NCBI GenBank assembly: GCA_045646345.1
Contig: JAZRKN010000017.1
Span: 1 to 64,000, forward strand
Source of the DNA: Candidatus Scatovivens sp.
GTDB taxonomy: Bacteria > Bacillota > Clostridia > TANB77 > CAG-508
Reading direction: 5' to 3'
DNA: 64,000 bases
Shown here: in pieces, positions 11,101-20,946 of the stretch
Layout: the number at the start of each line of letters is the position of its first letter
How positions within the stretch are numbered: the stretch's first letter is position 1
Program-made: the position numbers and the translations under genes
The notes under the pieces: model-generated
The model's input: the letters and a program-made list of their open reading frames with translations, nothing else
Database searches by the model: none
Told to the model about the DNA's origin: nothing

Positions 11101-11709
11101 AGTGAAATTCGTGAACTTGGTAGTATAAATGTTGACTCAATAAATGAATATAAAGAAATGAAAGAAAGATATGACTTTATGAGTGAACAAAGATTAGATT
11201 TAGAAGATTCAAGCAATAAACTAAAAAAAGTAATTGGTGAAATGACAGAGACAATGAAAAAACAATTTGCAGAGCAATTTAAAATCATCAATAAAAACTT
11301 TGGTGAAGTATTTGCTGAATTATTCGGTGGAGGAAAAGCAGAGCTTATTTTAGCAGATGAAGAAAATATCTTAGAGTGTGGAATTGAAATTGAAGTTCAA
11401 CCACCTGGAAAAAAATTACAAAATATGATGCTTCTATCTGGAGGAGAAAGAGCGTTTACAGCTATAGCGTTATTATTTGCTATATTAAAAATAAATCCAG
11501 CTCCATTCTGCGTTTTAGACGAAATAGAGGCAGCATTAGATGATGTTAACGTATATAGATTTGCAGAATATTTAAAGAAATTCTCTACAGATTCTCAATT
11601 CCTAGTTATTACACATAGAAAAGGAACAATGGAAGCGGCAGATACTGTTTATGGTATAACAATGGAAGAAAAAGGAATAAGTAAATTATTATCAATGAAA
11701 TTGAAATAA
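8161..11709 (+). CDS. smc: Chromosome segregation protein SMC
   Basis: GFKSFA, GPNGSGKSN, long coiled coils, hinge GRASFLP, LSGGE, LDEIEAALD. Confidence 0.98.
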   Translation: MYLKRLEMYGFKSFADKTVLEFMPGLTTVIGPNGSGKSNISDCIRWVLGEQSLKSLRGAKSEDIIFAGTQNRKPLGYAEASLVMDNSDSKLPIEYNEVIVTRRIYRSGESGYFINKTPCRLKDVLELFMDTGIGRDGYSIIGQGKIDEILSNKSEDRRHIFEEAAGIVKYRTRKVESEKKLEQTKLNLLRINDIISEIETNIGPLKNQSEKAKKYLSLRDELKNIEVGLFLYNIDEFKKQTEEIIENIDLLETQKVREDENLNNLQTSKEDLKIVIDNLIEEIERIQNLGFEGNQKKEQFNSEIGICTERISNNKENYERYAVEIEELENRNKELEDEKNLKQEKKKNLYNNKEKFEKELKEKEEELEKYSKTLSDKEIEIENKKKIVQDNIDNKYEIIASLNTEKANLDNLNKRESALKSEIQETISELDATRANKDELGKNFYSLETSRNSITKNIDSMKEEKDKSSEKLREFDIRINSYQSEYRIKESRYNFLVETEKEKEGYSKSVKALLEATEKDSGLGKGVHGILANLISVDKKYETAIEMTLGPTIQNIVTNSEDEATKLVNYLRDNNLGRASFLPITSVKGSKVTGVNTRGVSGVIGIASDLVITDKKYEGIILNLLGRTVIVEEIEEAVKLAKQNSYKFKIVTLKGDVINPSGAISGGSAPTKTVSILGRGKEIKALEKELVEIKKKIEKAEKEKQDYEESISEILEKFESKQREAQELEIVYATEKQKMDNIDLEILKLDAKLAKLRQDQSDIGDEKKANVNTQEELNKKVQEIDKENEELGKVIEEFTNLNKDNQKYIDDLNFDITNLKISVSSFDESEVSINEMVERIDVDIQNNLSSINSKKEIREKILVDNEELETKIEEIKIKIQELEKEILGSTDKVEKLKQERVSKNEKLSNLEKDLEEQSSKIDDIKNHISKLDLKKSKIELELNQVINKMWEEYELTPNNTQDIKKCENPQQVQRSVNSIRSEIRELGSINVDSINEYKEMKERYDFMSEQRLDLEDSSNKLKKVIGEMTETMKKQFAEQFKIINKNFGEVFAELFGGGKAELILADEENILECGIEIEVQPPGKKLQNMMLLSGGERAFTAIALLFAILKINPAPFCVLDEIEAALDDVNVYRFAEYLKKFSTDSQFLVITHRKGTMEAADTVYGITMEEKGISKLLSMKLK

Positions 11710-11712
11710 TAG

Positions 11713-11743
11713 CAAAAAAGACTTCTATAGGAAGTCTTTTTTG
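11713..11743 (+). terminator. Terminator after smc
   Basis: CAAAAAAGACTTC-tatag-GAAGTCTTTTTTG. Confidence 0.8.
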
Positions 11744-12056
11744 ATAGAAAATTCGAAAGTTTTTGTATTATAGTAATAAATAAGTATGTTGTCTTAAAAG
11801 GGACTTTATGTGAAAAAACATAAAGTCTCTTTTTATAAAATTTTGGGATTGAGTATCATAAAGTATATAAAAGATATACTAAAAAAATGATAAATCCACC
11901 ACTTTTTTGAAATGCGACAAAAATCGACAGTATAGAAAAAGAGAGTAAAAAGGAGTAAAAAAGAGGGTAAAAAAGGAAAGTTTGCTTTTTAATGGAATCA
12001 AAAAGGCAGAGGTTGGTATAAAAGGGTATAAATCGAATTAACCGAAAAAATAATGA

Positions 12057-12085
12057 TTGAACTCGTGGTTTTTTTGTGGTAAAAT
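12057..12085 (+). promoter_or_regulatory. sigmaA-type promoter of M23 peptidase gene
   Basis: TTGAAC-N17-TAAAAT with TG extension. Confidence 0.5.
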
Positions 12086-12093
12086 AGAACCTA

Positions 12094-13161
12094 GTGGCGC
12101 AATTTTTAAACCGTAAAAGGAGAGTGAATTTTATTTTAAGAAATTGGGTTAAATATTATACAAAAGAAGCTATGAAAACCCTAAAATTAGTCACAATTGG
12201 TTCTGCCATAGTAATAACTGTGGTATGTATAAAATACAGACCTGCATATAAAGTCACAATATCAGGTGAAACAATTGGGTATATCGAAGATAGAAATTTA
12301 ATTGAAAAGAAAATAGAAAAATATATGAATAATACTTCTGGAAATATTGCATTTAGAGAAATTACAAAAATGCCAGAGTATGAACTAAAGTTAGTAAATA
12401 GGGAAACAGAATTAAAAGATAAGGATGTTATGTTAGCTGTTGAAAAAAGAACAACAACAACTTATAGATTTTTCGGAGTTACATCTGATGGTGAACAAAA
12501 AGCTGTTGTTAGTAGTCAAGAAGAAGCAGAAAGCATAATAAACGAAATCAAATCAGACCTAGTTAAGGATGTTGATTTAAAATTAGGTATAGTTGAAGTT
12601 TATACTACAGATAATAATGTTAACACAAAAGAAACAGCAACTAATGCCTTAAATGAAATAAAAGTAGCTAAAGTAACTGAATATAAAAATAAAAAAGCTG
12701 AAGAAGCAAGAAAAAAAGCGGCTGCTGCGAGAGCAAAAAGTTTTGCTAGCATACCAACAGGAGCTGCAACAGGACACTTAAATGGATTAGCATTAGCAAT
12801 TCCAGTAAATGGTTCAATATCTTCAAGATTTGGATCAAGAGGTGCTTCAAGATCAAGTATACATACAGGACTTGATATTTCAACTTCTTCAGGAACAGGT
12901 ATAAGACCAATTGCAGCAGGAACAGTAACATATGCAGCATATAAAGGATCATATGGTTATTTAGTAATCATTGATCACGGAAATGGTGTTCAATCATACT
13001 ATGCTCACTGTAGTGCATTATATGTATCTGCAGGGCAAGCAGTAGGACCTAATTCTACAATAGCTGCTGTTGGATCAACAGGAAATTCAACTGGTCCTCA
13101 CTTACACTTAGAAATAAGAGTAAATGGAGCTCCAGTAAATCCACAAAATTACATATATTAA
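12094..13161 (+). CDS. M23 family metallopeptidase with N-terminal anchor (true start uncertain, probably 12124-12172)
   Basis: HTGLD, YAHC, GSTGNSTGPHLHLE motifs; hydrophobic N-terminal segment. Confidence 0.9.
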   Translation: MAQFLNRKRRVNFILRNWVKYYTKEAMKTLKLVTIGSAIVITVVCIKYRPAYKVTISGETIGYIEDRNLIEKKIEKYMNNTSGNIAFREITKMPEYELKLVNRETELKDKDVMLAVEKRTTTTYRFFGVTSDGEQKAVVSSQEEAESIINEIKSDLVKDVDLKLGIVEVYTTDNNVNTKETATNALNEIKVAKVTEYKNKKAEEARKKAAAARAKSFASIPTGAATGHLNGLALAIPVNGSISSRFGSRGASRSSIHTGLDISTSSGTGIRPIAAGTVTYAAYKGSYGYLVIIDHGNGVQSYYAHCSALYVSAGQAVGPNSTIAAVGSTGNSTGPHLHLEIRVNGAPVNPQNYIY

Positions 13162-13165
13162 AAAT

Positions 13166-13195
13166 AAAAAGCATTTCGATTCGAAATGCTTTTTT
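13166..13195 (+). terminator. Terminator
   Basis: AAAAAGCATTTCGA-t-TCGAAATGCTTTTT. Confidence 0.8.
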
Positions 13196-13344
13196 GAATT
13201 TTAGAATAGTAATATAAAGGTATATTAGTAGTTAGTTATTGTAAGAATAATGTTATCATATTGTAAGGAAAATATAATTGAATATAAAAAAGATTTAAAA
13301 TATAATTTATATGTCAGATTATATTTTAAATCGAGGAGGAACCG

Positions 13345-14217
13345 ATGTATAAAATTAAAAATTTATTAAACAACGAAAATATAGAAGTAGTTGACAAAAA
13401 AGAAGGAATGAGAGTCCTAGAATATGTAACTGATTTAAGTGTTAGTCCATCTTCAGCTGTAACATCATATTTTGCACATAAGATGAATGTTAGAAAAAGA
13501 CAAGTTTTAATCGAAATCAATGATAATGAGTATACAGTTAGTGCAGGTGCAATGCAATGGACACTTGGAAATGTAGAAGTTACAAGTGATGTAAAAGGTG
13601 TAGGAGATCTTTTAGGAAAAGCAATTAAAGGAGCTGTTACAAAAGAAGCTGCTGTAAAACCAAAATATAAAGGTAAAGGTATATTAATGCTTGAACCTAC
13701 ATACAGACATATTATTTTAGAAGATTTAGCAGAATGGCCTTCAGGAATTGTTTTAGATGATGGAATGTTCTTAGCTTGTGAATCTACAGTACAACAAAAT
13801 GTTGTTATGAGATCAAATTTATCTTCTGCTGTGTTTGGAAACGAAGGGTTATTTAACTTAAAATTAGAAGGAAATGGAATTGTAGCTTTAGAAAGTTTTG
13901 TTCCAAGAGATGAGCTTATCGAAGTTACACTTGAAAATGATGTATTAAAAGTTGATGGAAACTTTGCTGTTGCATGGTCTGGATCATTAGAATTTTCAGT
14001 AGAAAAATCTACAAAATCGTTAATTGGTTCTGGATTATCAGGAGAAGGTTTGGTAAATGTTTATAGAGGTTCTGGAAAAGTATTATTAGCTCCAGTAAAT
14101 GGACAAGCAATGACTCAAAGAACTGGAAATAACCCACCTCCAACAGGTAATGGAAGTGCAACTGCTGGTTCTATAGCCGGAGCTGCTTTAGGTGGATTAA
14201 TGAATGCATTAAGCTAA
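13345..14217 (+). CDS. AIM24 family protein
   Basis: AGAMQW, LEPTY, GNEGLFN, VDGNFAVAW, SGEGLVNVYRGSGKV pattern. Confidence 0.85.
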   Translation: MYKIKNLLNNENIEVVDKKEGMRVLEYVTDLSVSPSSAVTSYFAHKMNVRKRQVLIEINDNEYTVSAGAMQWTLGNVEVTSDVKGVGDLLGKAIKGAVTKEAAVKPKYKGKGILMLEPTYRHIILEDLAEWPSGIVLDDGMFLACESTVQQNVVMRSNLSSAVFGNEGLFNLKLEGNGIVALESFVPRDELIEVTLENDVLKVDGNFAVAWSGSLEFSVEKSTKSLIGSGLSGEGLVNVYRGSGKVLLAPVNGQAMTQRTGNNPPPTGNGSATAGSIAGAALGGLMNALS

Positions 14218-14457
14218 AAAAATATATTAAAAAGAATGGAGTCATCCATTCTTTTTTTACCATAAAATATGTATAAAAGTGATAGAAAAGAAGAATATGT
14301 AAAATTGACAAAAAACAACCTGTAAACTGCGGAAATAAGCGGTTTGACGGAAATTGGAATTTATCATTTGTGTAACATTATTGTATTTTATTGACAAAAA
14401 ATTTAATTTAATATAATAATATTTTAAACATATATATTTTTTTTAAGGAGAGAGAAA

Positions 14458-14751
14458 ATGGAAGGAAAAGAAAACGTAAGCAAAAAAAATAGATTTACAA
14501 CATTAATGTTATGTTGGTTTTTAGGATTTTTAGGAGTGCATCGTTTATATGCAGGAAGATTAGGTTCAGGATTTTTAATGGCATATGGAACAATAGTAAC
14601 ATTATTAGTGTTATGTCTAAGTGTTCCAATTGGATTAATGTGCTTAATTGCAATGGCAGCTTTTGTTGTTAATGATTTCACAGTTATTGCATTCGGACAA
14701 TTTGCTGATTGTTATGGAAAATGTATTTGTGATGATACAGTAAGAGAATAA
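14458..14751 (+). CDS. TM2 domain membrane protein
   Basis: LCWFLGFLGVHRLYAG...G signature. Confidence 0.85.
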   Translation: MEGKENVSKKNRFTTLMLCWFLGFLGVHRLYAGRLGSGFLMAYGTIVTLLVLCLSVPIGLMCLIAMAAFVVNDFTVIAFGQFADCYGKCICDDTVRE

Positions 14752-14872
14752 AAATTAAAAGCAGATAATATATCTGCTTTTTGCGCTTTTTTTATATGGA
14801 TATAATTGTCATTGTAAATATTATTTTCAATGAATTTATATTATAAATTTAAAAATTTGAGGAGGAATAGCT

Positions 14873-15544
14873 ATGGAAAATGAAGAAAAATTTTCTGTAG
14901 ATACAGAAAATTTAAAAGAGGAGACAAAAGAAACTGTAAATCAAGTTAAAGAATCAATCAAAAATGTAAACTTTAAAAATGATGCAGAAGAAACAAAAGG
15001 TTTCCTTAAAGAAATGTTATCAAATCCATTTGAAGCAGTAAGAAAAATTGCTAATGAAGAAGAAAATGTATTAAATAAAGTTGTAATGATCATGTTAGTG
15101 TTTATAGCAGCTTCATTTGCTTATTCATTAATTTCTGTAATTAAATATGGAAAATATTCAGGAGTATTAGATAACATATTATCACTTGTAGCTGGTGTAT
15201 TAGATCCAGTATTCTTTGTGCTAGCACCATCTGTTATGATTTTACTTTTAAACAAAGGAAACAAAAAATCTTTAACAACAATTATTTCAACAATCGTTGT
15301 TGCTAGTGTACCAGTTGTTATTAACTACTTAATTGATATTGTTGAATTAGTATTAAGTGGAATTTCATTAATAACAGGACCTATTAGTACAGGATTATCT
15401 GCAGTAGCTTTAGTTTTAACATATTTTGGTATGAAAGATTTATTTGGAATTGAAGAACATAAAGATTTCATTAAAAAATATGCAGTAATTAAAGTTGCAG
15501 CTGCATTAATAATAGCAATTTTAGTTAGAATTGGTATTAGCTAA
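14873..15544 (+). CDS. Yip1-like multi-pass membrane protein
   Basis: Charged N-terminus, MLSNP, then about five TM helices; SD GAGGAGG. Confidence 0.65.
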   Translation: MENEEKFSVDTENLKEETKETVNQVKESIKNVNFKNDAEETKGFLKEMLSNPFEAVRKIANEEENVLNKVVMIMLVFIAASFAYSLISVIKYGKYSGVLDNILSLVAGVLDPVFFVLAPSVMILLLNKGNKKSLTTIISTIVVASVPVVINYLIDIVELVLSGISLITGPISTGLSAVALVLTYFGMKDLFGIEEHKDFIKKYAVIKVAAALIIAILVRIGIS

Positions 15545-15657
15545 TAAGTAAAAAAATTGAATAATATTAAAAAATCGCTAGGGATAGCGATTTTTTTCTT
15601 GTTTTTTTTTAGATTTCATTATATAATATAAAGCATTATATGAAGGGAGTGAAGCAA

Positions 15658-15945
15658 ATGGCTATTAGTAAAGAAGAAGTTATTCATATTGCAAAACTTG
15701 CATGTTTGAATCTTTCTGAAAAAGAAATAGAAGGATATACAAAAGATATGCAGGAAATTTTAGAGTTCGCAAATATGATAAACGAAGTAAACACAGAAGG
15801 ACTTAATGAAACAGTTGCAGCAAATGAAAAATGTAATGTATTAAGAAAAGACGAGGTTCGAAACTTCGGAAACAGAGATCTTTTATTACAGAATGCTCCA
15901 AGTCAAGACGAGGGAATGTTCAGAATCCCTAAGGTTTTAAATTAA
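15658..15945 (+). CDS. gatC: Asp-tRNA(Asn)/Glu-tRNA(Gln) amidotransferase subunit C
   Basis: ISKEEVIHIAKLA, LRKDEV, NAP...FRIPKVL; start set at ATG 15658 after SD AGGGAG. Confidence 0.95.
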   Translation: MAISKEEVIHIAKLACLNLSEKEIEGYTKDMQEILEFANMINEVNTEGLNETVAANEKCNVLRKDEVRNFGNRDLLLQNAPSQDEGMFRIPKVLN

Positions 15946-15967
15946 CATATAATAAACGGAGAAAAAT

Positions 15968-16555
15968 ATGAATTTTGGAATAGATATTGATGATACAATT
16001 TCAAATACATTTGAAACATTTTTACCATATATGAAAAAATTTGTTGAAGATGATTTGAATAGAACATTGGATTTAAATTTAAAAAGCAAAACTGATTACT
16101 ATGATTTAATCAATAAATATAATCTTTCAACTCAAGAAACACAAAAGTTTTGGGAAGATTATTATGTGAGTATATTAGAAAATGTAATTCCAAAAAAATC
16201 ATCAGTAGAGATTATTAATAAAATTAAAGAAAATGGAAATAAAGTAATTTTAATAACAGCCAGAATTGATGATGGGATAGTTGATGTAAGAACTATTACA
16301 AAGAAATGGCTTGAAGCAAATAATATTAAATATGATAAATTAATTATAAATTCTCATAACAAGTTAGAAATTGCGAAAAACGAAAATATAGATGTATTTT
16401 TAGATGATAGTATTAGAAATTGCGAAATGGTTTCTAGTGGTAATATAGATACATATATGTTCGTAACAGCAAATAATGAATATTATGAAAATGATAAAAT
16501 TGTAAAAGTAAAAACGTGGGATGAGTTTTATGAGAATATTAAGGAGGTAATTTAG
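15968..16555 (+). CDS. HAD-superfamily 5'(3')-nucleotidase-like protein (YqfW-like)
   Basis: FGIDIDDT (motif I), ITAR (II), K...FLDDS (III/IV). Confidence 0.8.
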   Translation: MNFGIDIDDTISNTFETFLPYMKKFVEDDLNRTLDLNLKSKTDYYDLINKYNLSTQETQKFWEDYYVSILENVIPKKSSVEIINKIKENGNKVILITARIDDGIVDVRTITKKWLEANNIKYDKLIINSHNKLEIAKNENIDVFLDDSIRNCEMVSSGNIDTYMFVTANNEYYENDKIVKVKTWDEFYENIKEVI

Positions 16556-18031
16556 TTGAAACTTTACGAATATACAGTACACGAACTTGTAGAAATGCTA
16601 GAAAAAGGTGAGATAACATCAGAAGAAATTACAAGAAGTTATTTTGATAGAATAAAAGAAAAAGATGATAAAGTAAAAGCTTATGTTTCTCTACTTGAAG
16701 AAGAAGCGATTGCTAAAGCTAAAGAAGTAGACGAAGCAAGAAAAGCTGGAAAATCAGTTTCAAAATTTGCTGGTATTCCAATTGGAATAAAAGATAATAT
16801 GTGCATTACAGGAACAAAAACAACATGTAGTTCAAAAATGCTTGAAAATTTTGTTGCTCCATATGATGCAACTGTTATAGAAAAATTAAAAAATGAAGAT
16901 GCAGTTTTCCTTGGAAAATTAAACATGGATGAATTTGCAATGGGAGGTTCTACAGAACGTTCTGCATTTTTTAAAACAACAAATCCATGGGATTTAGATA
17001 GAGTACCTGGAGGTTCTTCTGGAGGAAGTGCAGCTGCTGTTGCAGCTGATATGGCACCATGGACATTAGGAAGCGATACTGGTGGAAGTATTCGTCAACC
17101 AGCATCACTTTGTGGTGTAGTTGGATTGAAACCAACTTATGGTTTAGTATCAAGATTTGGTCTTGTTGCATTTGCATCATCATTAGATCAAATAGGACCT
17201 ATAACAAAAGATGTTACAGATAGTGCTATGCTATTAAACTTAATTGCAGGTCATGATGAAAAAGATTCAACTTCAATAGATGTTGGAGAAAAGGATTATA
17301 CTAAAGCGCTAGTAAATGATGTAAAAGGAATGAGAATTGGTCTTCCAAAAGAATATCTTGGAGAAGGTATTAATGAAGAAGTAAGAGAATCAATTTTAGC
17401 TGTAGCTAAAAAATATGAAGAAATGGGTGCAATAGTTGAAGATTGTTCATTTGAAGTTGGACAATATGCAACTGCGGTTTATTATGTTATTGCATGTGCT
17501 GAAGCAAGCTCTAACTTAGGAAGATTTGATGGAATTCGTTATGGATATAGAACAGATAATTTTGAGAACCTAAAAGATATTTACAAGAATTCTAGAAGTG
17601 AAGGATTTGGAGAAGAAGTAAAAAGAAGAATTATGCTTGGTACTTATGTGCTTTCTTCAGGATATTATGATGCTTATTATAAAAAAGCACAAAAAGTTAG
17701 AACAGTTATAAAAAATTCTTATGAAGAATTATTTGGAAAATACGATTTATTATTAACTCCAACATCACCAGTAACAGCATTTAAAATTGGAGAAAAATCA
17801 AGCAATCCATTAGAAATGTATTTAGCAGATATTTGTACAGTTCCTGTAAATATCGGTGGATTCCCAGGAATCAGCGTTCCTTGCGGAATTGATAGCAAAG
17901 GATTACCAATTGGATTCCAATTAATTGGTAAAGCATTTGACGAAGAAACACTTTTAAGAGCTGCTTATAGCTATGAACAAAATACAAACTTTAAAGTAAA
18001 CAAACCAACATTTAAAGGAGGTAATAGCTAA
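16556..18031 (+). CDS. gatA: Amidotransferase subunit A
   Basis: TTG start after SD AAGGAGG; [27 protein letters not shown] amidase signature. Confidence 0.97.
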   Translation: MKLYEYTVHELVEMLEKGEITSEEITRSYFDRIKEKDDKVKAYVSLLEEEAIAKAKEVDEARKAGKSVSKFAGIPIGIKDNMCITGTKTTCSSKMLENFVAPYDATVIEKLKNEDAVFLGKLNMDEFAMGGSTERSAFFKTTNPWDLDRVPGGSSGGSAAAVAADMAPWTLGSDTGGSIRQPASLCGVVGLKPTYGLVSRFGLVAFASSLDQIGPITKDVTDSAMLLNLIAGHDEKDSTSIDVGEKDYTKALVNDVKGMRIGLPKEYLGEGINEEVRESILAVAKKYEEMGAIVEDCSFEVGQYATAVYYVIACAEASSNLGRFDGIRYGYRTDNFENLKDIYKNSRSEGFGEEVKRRIMLGTYVLSSGYYDAYYKKAQKVRTVIKNSYEELFGKYDLLLTPTSPVTAFKIGEKSSNPLEMYLADICTVPVNIGGFPGISVPCGIDSKGLPIGFQLIGKAFDEETLLRAAYSYEQNTNFKVNKPTFKGGNS

Positions 18032-19470
18032 TGGCAAGAGAAGATTATGAAATAGTAATAGGACTAGAAGTTCACTGCGAACTTTCTACAAAAACAAAGA
18101 TATTCTGTTCATGTTCAACAGAATTTGGTGGAGAACCAAATACACATTGTTGTCCAATTTGTATGGCAATGCCAGGAACTTTACCAGTATTAAATGAAAA
18201 AGTTGTTGAATATGCAATAAAAGCTGGTCTTGCTACAAATTGTAGTATAGAGAAAAATAGTAAAAATGATAGAAAAAATTATTTTTATCCAGATAATCCA
18301 AAATCTTATCAAATCTCTCAATTTGATAAACCACTTTGTTATGATGGACATGTAACTATCGAAACAGAAGATGGTGAAAAAGAAATAAGAATTGAAAGAA
18401 TTCATATTGAAGAAGATGCTGGAAAATTAAATCATGATGAATATGGAAGAGGAAGTTTTGTTGATTTAAACAGAGCTGGAGTTCCACTTATAGAAGTTGT
18501 TTCTAAACCAGATATGAGAAGTGCACAAGAAGTTGAAAGTTATATGAGAAAATTAAAATCAATTTTCGAATTTATTGAAATTTCTGACTGTAAAATGCAA
18601 GAAGGGTCTTTAAGAGCTGACGTTAACGTATCTGTTAGAAAAAAAGGAGCAGCAGAGTTCGGAACAAGAACAGAAATGAAAAACATGAACTCTTTTAGAA
18701 GTATTGTAAGAGCAATAGATTATGAAGCAGGAAGACAAATAGAAGAAATTGAAGCTGGAAATAAAATTGTACAAGAAACATTAAGATGGGATGATATTTC
18801 AGGAAGAACATTCCCAATGAGAGATAAAGAAGATGCTCAAGATTATAGATATTTCCCTGAGCCAGACTTAGTTGCTTTAAAAGTGTCTGATGAATATATT
18901 GAAGAAATTAGAAAATCTTTACCTGAATTACCAGAAGGTAGAAGAAAAAGATATATTGAAGAATACGAATTAACAGAAAAAGCTGCTAATTTCGTGACAG
19001 GATCAAAATATTATTCAATTTTATTTGAAGATGCAATTAAAGTTTGCAATAATCCAAAAATAGTTGGAAACTTAATTATGTCTGATATAGCTAGAATTTT
19101 AAATGAAAGAGAAGAAGAACCAAATGATTTGAAATTCGGTGGAGCAGAACTTGGTGAACTTGTAGTTTTAATTGATAAAGGAACAATTAGTTCTGCAATT
19201 GCAAAAAAAGTATTAGAAGAATTATTTGTTGAAGTTAAAATGCCAAGCAAAATAATTGAAGAAAAAGGTTGGGTACAAATTTCTGATGAAGGTGCAATTA
19301 AAGAAGTTGTAATGAAAATATTAGAAAATAATCCTCAATCAATAGCTGATTATAAAGCTGGTAAAGATAAAGCTTTAGGTTTCTTAGTTGGTCAAGCAAT
19401 GAAAGAAACAAGAGGAAAAGCAAATCCTCAAATGTTAAATAAAATGTTCCTAGATGAACTAAATAAATAA
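18031..19470 (+). CDS. gatB: Amidotransferase subunit B
   Basis: IGLEVH, RKNYFYPD, HIEEDAGK, DYRYFPEPD; TAATG coupling to gatA. Confidence 0.97.
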   Translation: MAREDYEIVIGLEVHCELSTKTKIFCSCSTEFGGEPNTHCCPICMAMPGTLPVLNEKVVEYAIKAGLATNCSIEKNSKNDRKNYFYPDNPKSYQISQFDKPLCYDGHVTIETEDGEKEIRIERIHIEEDAGKLNHDEYGRGSFVDLNRAGVPLIEVVSKPDMRSAQEVESYMRKLKSIFEFIEISDCKMQEGSLRADVNVSVRKKGAAEFGTRTEMKNMNSFRSIVRAIDYEAGRQIEEIEAGNKIVQETLRWDDISGRTFPMRDKEDAQDYRYFPEPDLVALKVSDEYIEEIRKSLPELPEGRRKRYIEEYELTEKAANFVTGSKYYSILFEDAIKVCNNPKIVGNLIMSDIARILNEREEEPNDLKFGGAELGELVVLIDKGTISSAIAKKVLEELFVEVKMPSKIIEEKGWVQISDEGAIKEVVMKILENNPQSIADYKAGKDKALGFLVGQAMKETRGKANPQMLNKMFLDELNK

Positions 19471-19482
19471 TAATAAAAACAT

Positions 19483-19517
19483 AAAATCCACAATTCCTTA
19501 GTGAATTGTGGATTTTT
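19483..19517 (+). terminator. Terminator after gatB
   Basis: AAAATCCACAATTC-cttagt-GAATTGTGGATTTT. Confidence 0.85.
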
Positions 19518-19640
19518 GTTCATAAAAAACAAACTTTTGTAAAATAAAATGTTATAAAAAAAACATAGTATTGTAATTGAGTTTTATACATAAGAATACT
19601 ATAATAAATTTGAATAATAGATTTAAATGAGGTGTATTGT

Positions 19641-19808
19641 ATGACTGAAGAAGAATTAGAACTTATGAAACAAATAGATGAACAAATAGAAATAAATCAA
19701 AGATTGAAAGATGAAATAAAAAAAATTGAAGATGAAATAGCAGAACATAATGAAAGTATAGAAGAAGCAAGACAAACAATTGAAGCAATAAAAGGAAAAG
19801 GAATTTAA
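19641..19808 (+). CDS. Small coiled-coil hypothetical protein (55 aa)
   Basis: Not in ORF track. SD GAGGTG, MTEEELELMKQIDEQ...EAIKGKGI. Confidence 0.7.
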   Translation: MTEEELELMKQIDEQIEINQRLKDEIKKIEDEIAEHNESIEEARQTIEAIKGKGI

Positions 19809-19813
19809 ATATT

Positions 19814-20197
19814 ATGGACTCAAATGAAAAAAGTTTAATAGAAGTAAAAGAACCACTATGGAAAAAATTGGTTAACAGTGTAAGGTCATTTTTTAGCAAT
19901 GTTTTTTCTAAAAAAACGGAACTAATAGAGGAATCTATTAATGAAGAAGAAAATGAATTAACGATGGCGGAGCTTACAGAAGTTGAAAGCATTAAAGAAG
20001 AAAACAAAGAAGAAATTTCTTATCAAGAAAAACTTGATGGATTAGTTAAAGAAAATAGAGAATTAGTAAAAATCTTTGATGAAAAATTAGAAGAATTGAA
20101 AAAAGCTAGAATAAAAGAACTTAAAGTAACACTAGAAATTTATAAATTAGAAGAATTATATTTAAGAAAAATAAAAAACGAAAGAGTAACTGAATAA
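19814..20197 (+). CDS. Hypothetical acidic coiled-coil protein with N-terminal amphipathic helix
   Basis: SD AAGGA; SLIEVKEPLWKKLVNSVRSFF; followed by a terminator. Confidence 0.75.
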   Translation: MDSNEKSLIEVKEPLWKKLVNSVRSFFSNVFSKKTELIEESINEEENELTMAELTEVESIKEENKEEISYQEKLDGLVKENRELVKIFDEKLEELKKARIKELKVTLEIYKLEELYLRKIKNERVTE

Positions 20198-20203
20198 AGA
20201 TTA

Positions 20204-20234
20204 AATAAAGACCTCCTTTTTGGAGGTCTTTATT
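20204..20234 (+). terminator. Terminator
   Basis: AATAAAGACCTCC-ttttt-GGAGGTCTTTATT. Confidence 0.75.
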
Positions 20235-20237
20235 GGT

Positions 20238-20266
20238 TTGACTTTACAAAACATAAGTGATATAAT
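20238..20266 (+). promoter_or_regulatory. sigmaA-type promoter with extended -10
   Basis: TTGACT-N17-TATAAT with TG extension. Confidence 0.7.
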
Positions 20267-20317
20267 ATTTATGTAGACTTATGCTTTAATAAAAAACACC
20301 TAAGAGGGGGGAAGAAT

Positions 20318-20944
20318 ATGGCAACTAGGCTTGCGTTTTACGCAAAGAACAACAAGATCTATTCTCAAGCAGTAAACTTTGAGTGGATGCCCGGTCTTTC
20401 TGCAGCGCAGAAGAAGCGTTCCATGGCTAATATGCATAGAGTAATCAATGGCAAAGCTTTGGAAGTCAGCACAAAAAGCGACAAAGAGATTGGAGTGAAA
20501 CTCAGTGCATTTAATCTTCGTTTGAACGGAGTACCGCTGGAGAATATCTTTCAATCTTCTAAGTGCTTTGCTGCAGGAGGTCCCTATAAGGATCTTTTGA
20601 CAGTTTCACCGAAAGAAGCTAAGCGGGACGAAAGATTGAAAAATTCTGGCCTTTTAAAGAGTTTTGAGTTTGAAAATGAATCCTGGGATTTGGAACCTAA
20701 AACAGCTTTTTATGATTATATTTATGTCAGAGCTGTGAAGGAATCTGTTCCTTTGGAAGAACTTAAGCAGATTTTGGAGTATGATTACTTTACTGACATT
20801 GAGTTCAATCATGCCAAATCTTTGAATACTCAGGCTAGATCTATTGGTATCGTTAAAGTTTTGCTTCAGATTTTTGGTGAGATTCCGGATGTGCGGTCGA
20901 AAGAAGAATTCTTGAGATTTCATAAGACGGTTGTGAAAGCGTAA
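20318..20944 (+). CDS. DUF6977 / DarT1-associated NADAR antitoxin-like protein
   Basis: MATR, FEWxPG, LEVSTKS..IGVKLSAFNL, ENIFQSSK.F..GGPY, EAKRDERL, LEPKTAFYD, FTDIEFN..KSLNTQAR match this family as I recall it. Confidence 0.75.
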   Translation: MATRLAFYAKNNKIYSQAVNFEWMPGLSAAQKKRSMANMHRVINGKALEVSTKSDKEIGVKLSAFNLRLNGVPLENIFQSSKCFAAGGPYKDLLTVSPKEAKRDERLKNSGLLKSFEFENESWDLEPKTAFYDYIYVRAVKESVPLEELKQILEYDYFTDIEFNHAKSLNTQARSIGIVKVLLQIFGEIPDVRSKEEFLRFHKTVVKA

Positions 20945-20946
20945 AC

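Noticed and set aside
11750-12093. c-di-AMP or c-di-GMP riboswitch upstream of the M23 peptidase
   Set aside because: No consensus elements seen, and the promoter lies close to the gene, leaving no room for an aptamer.
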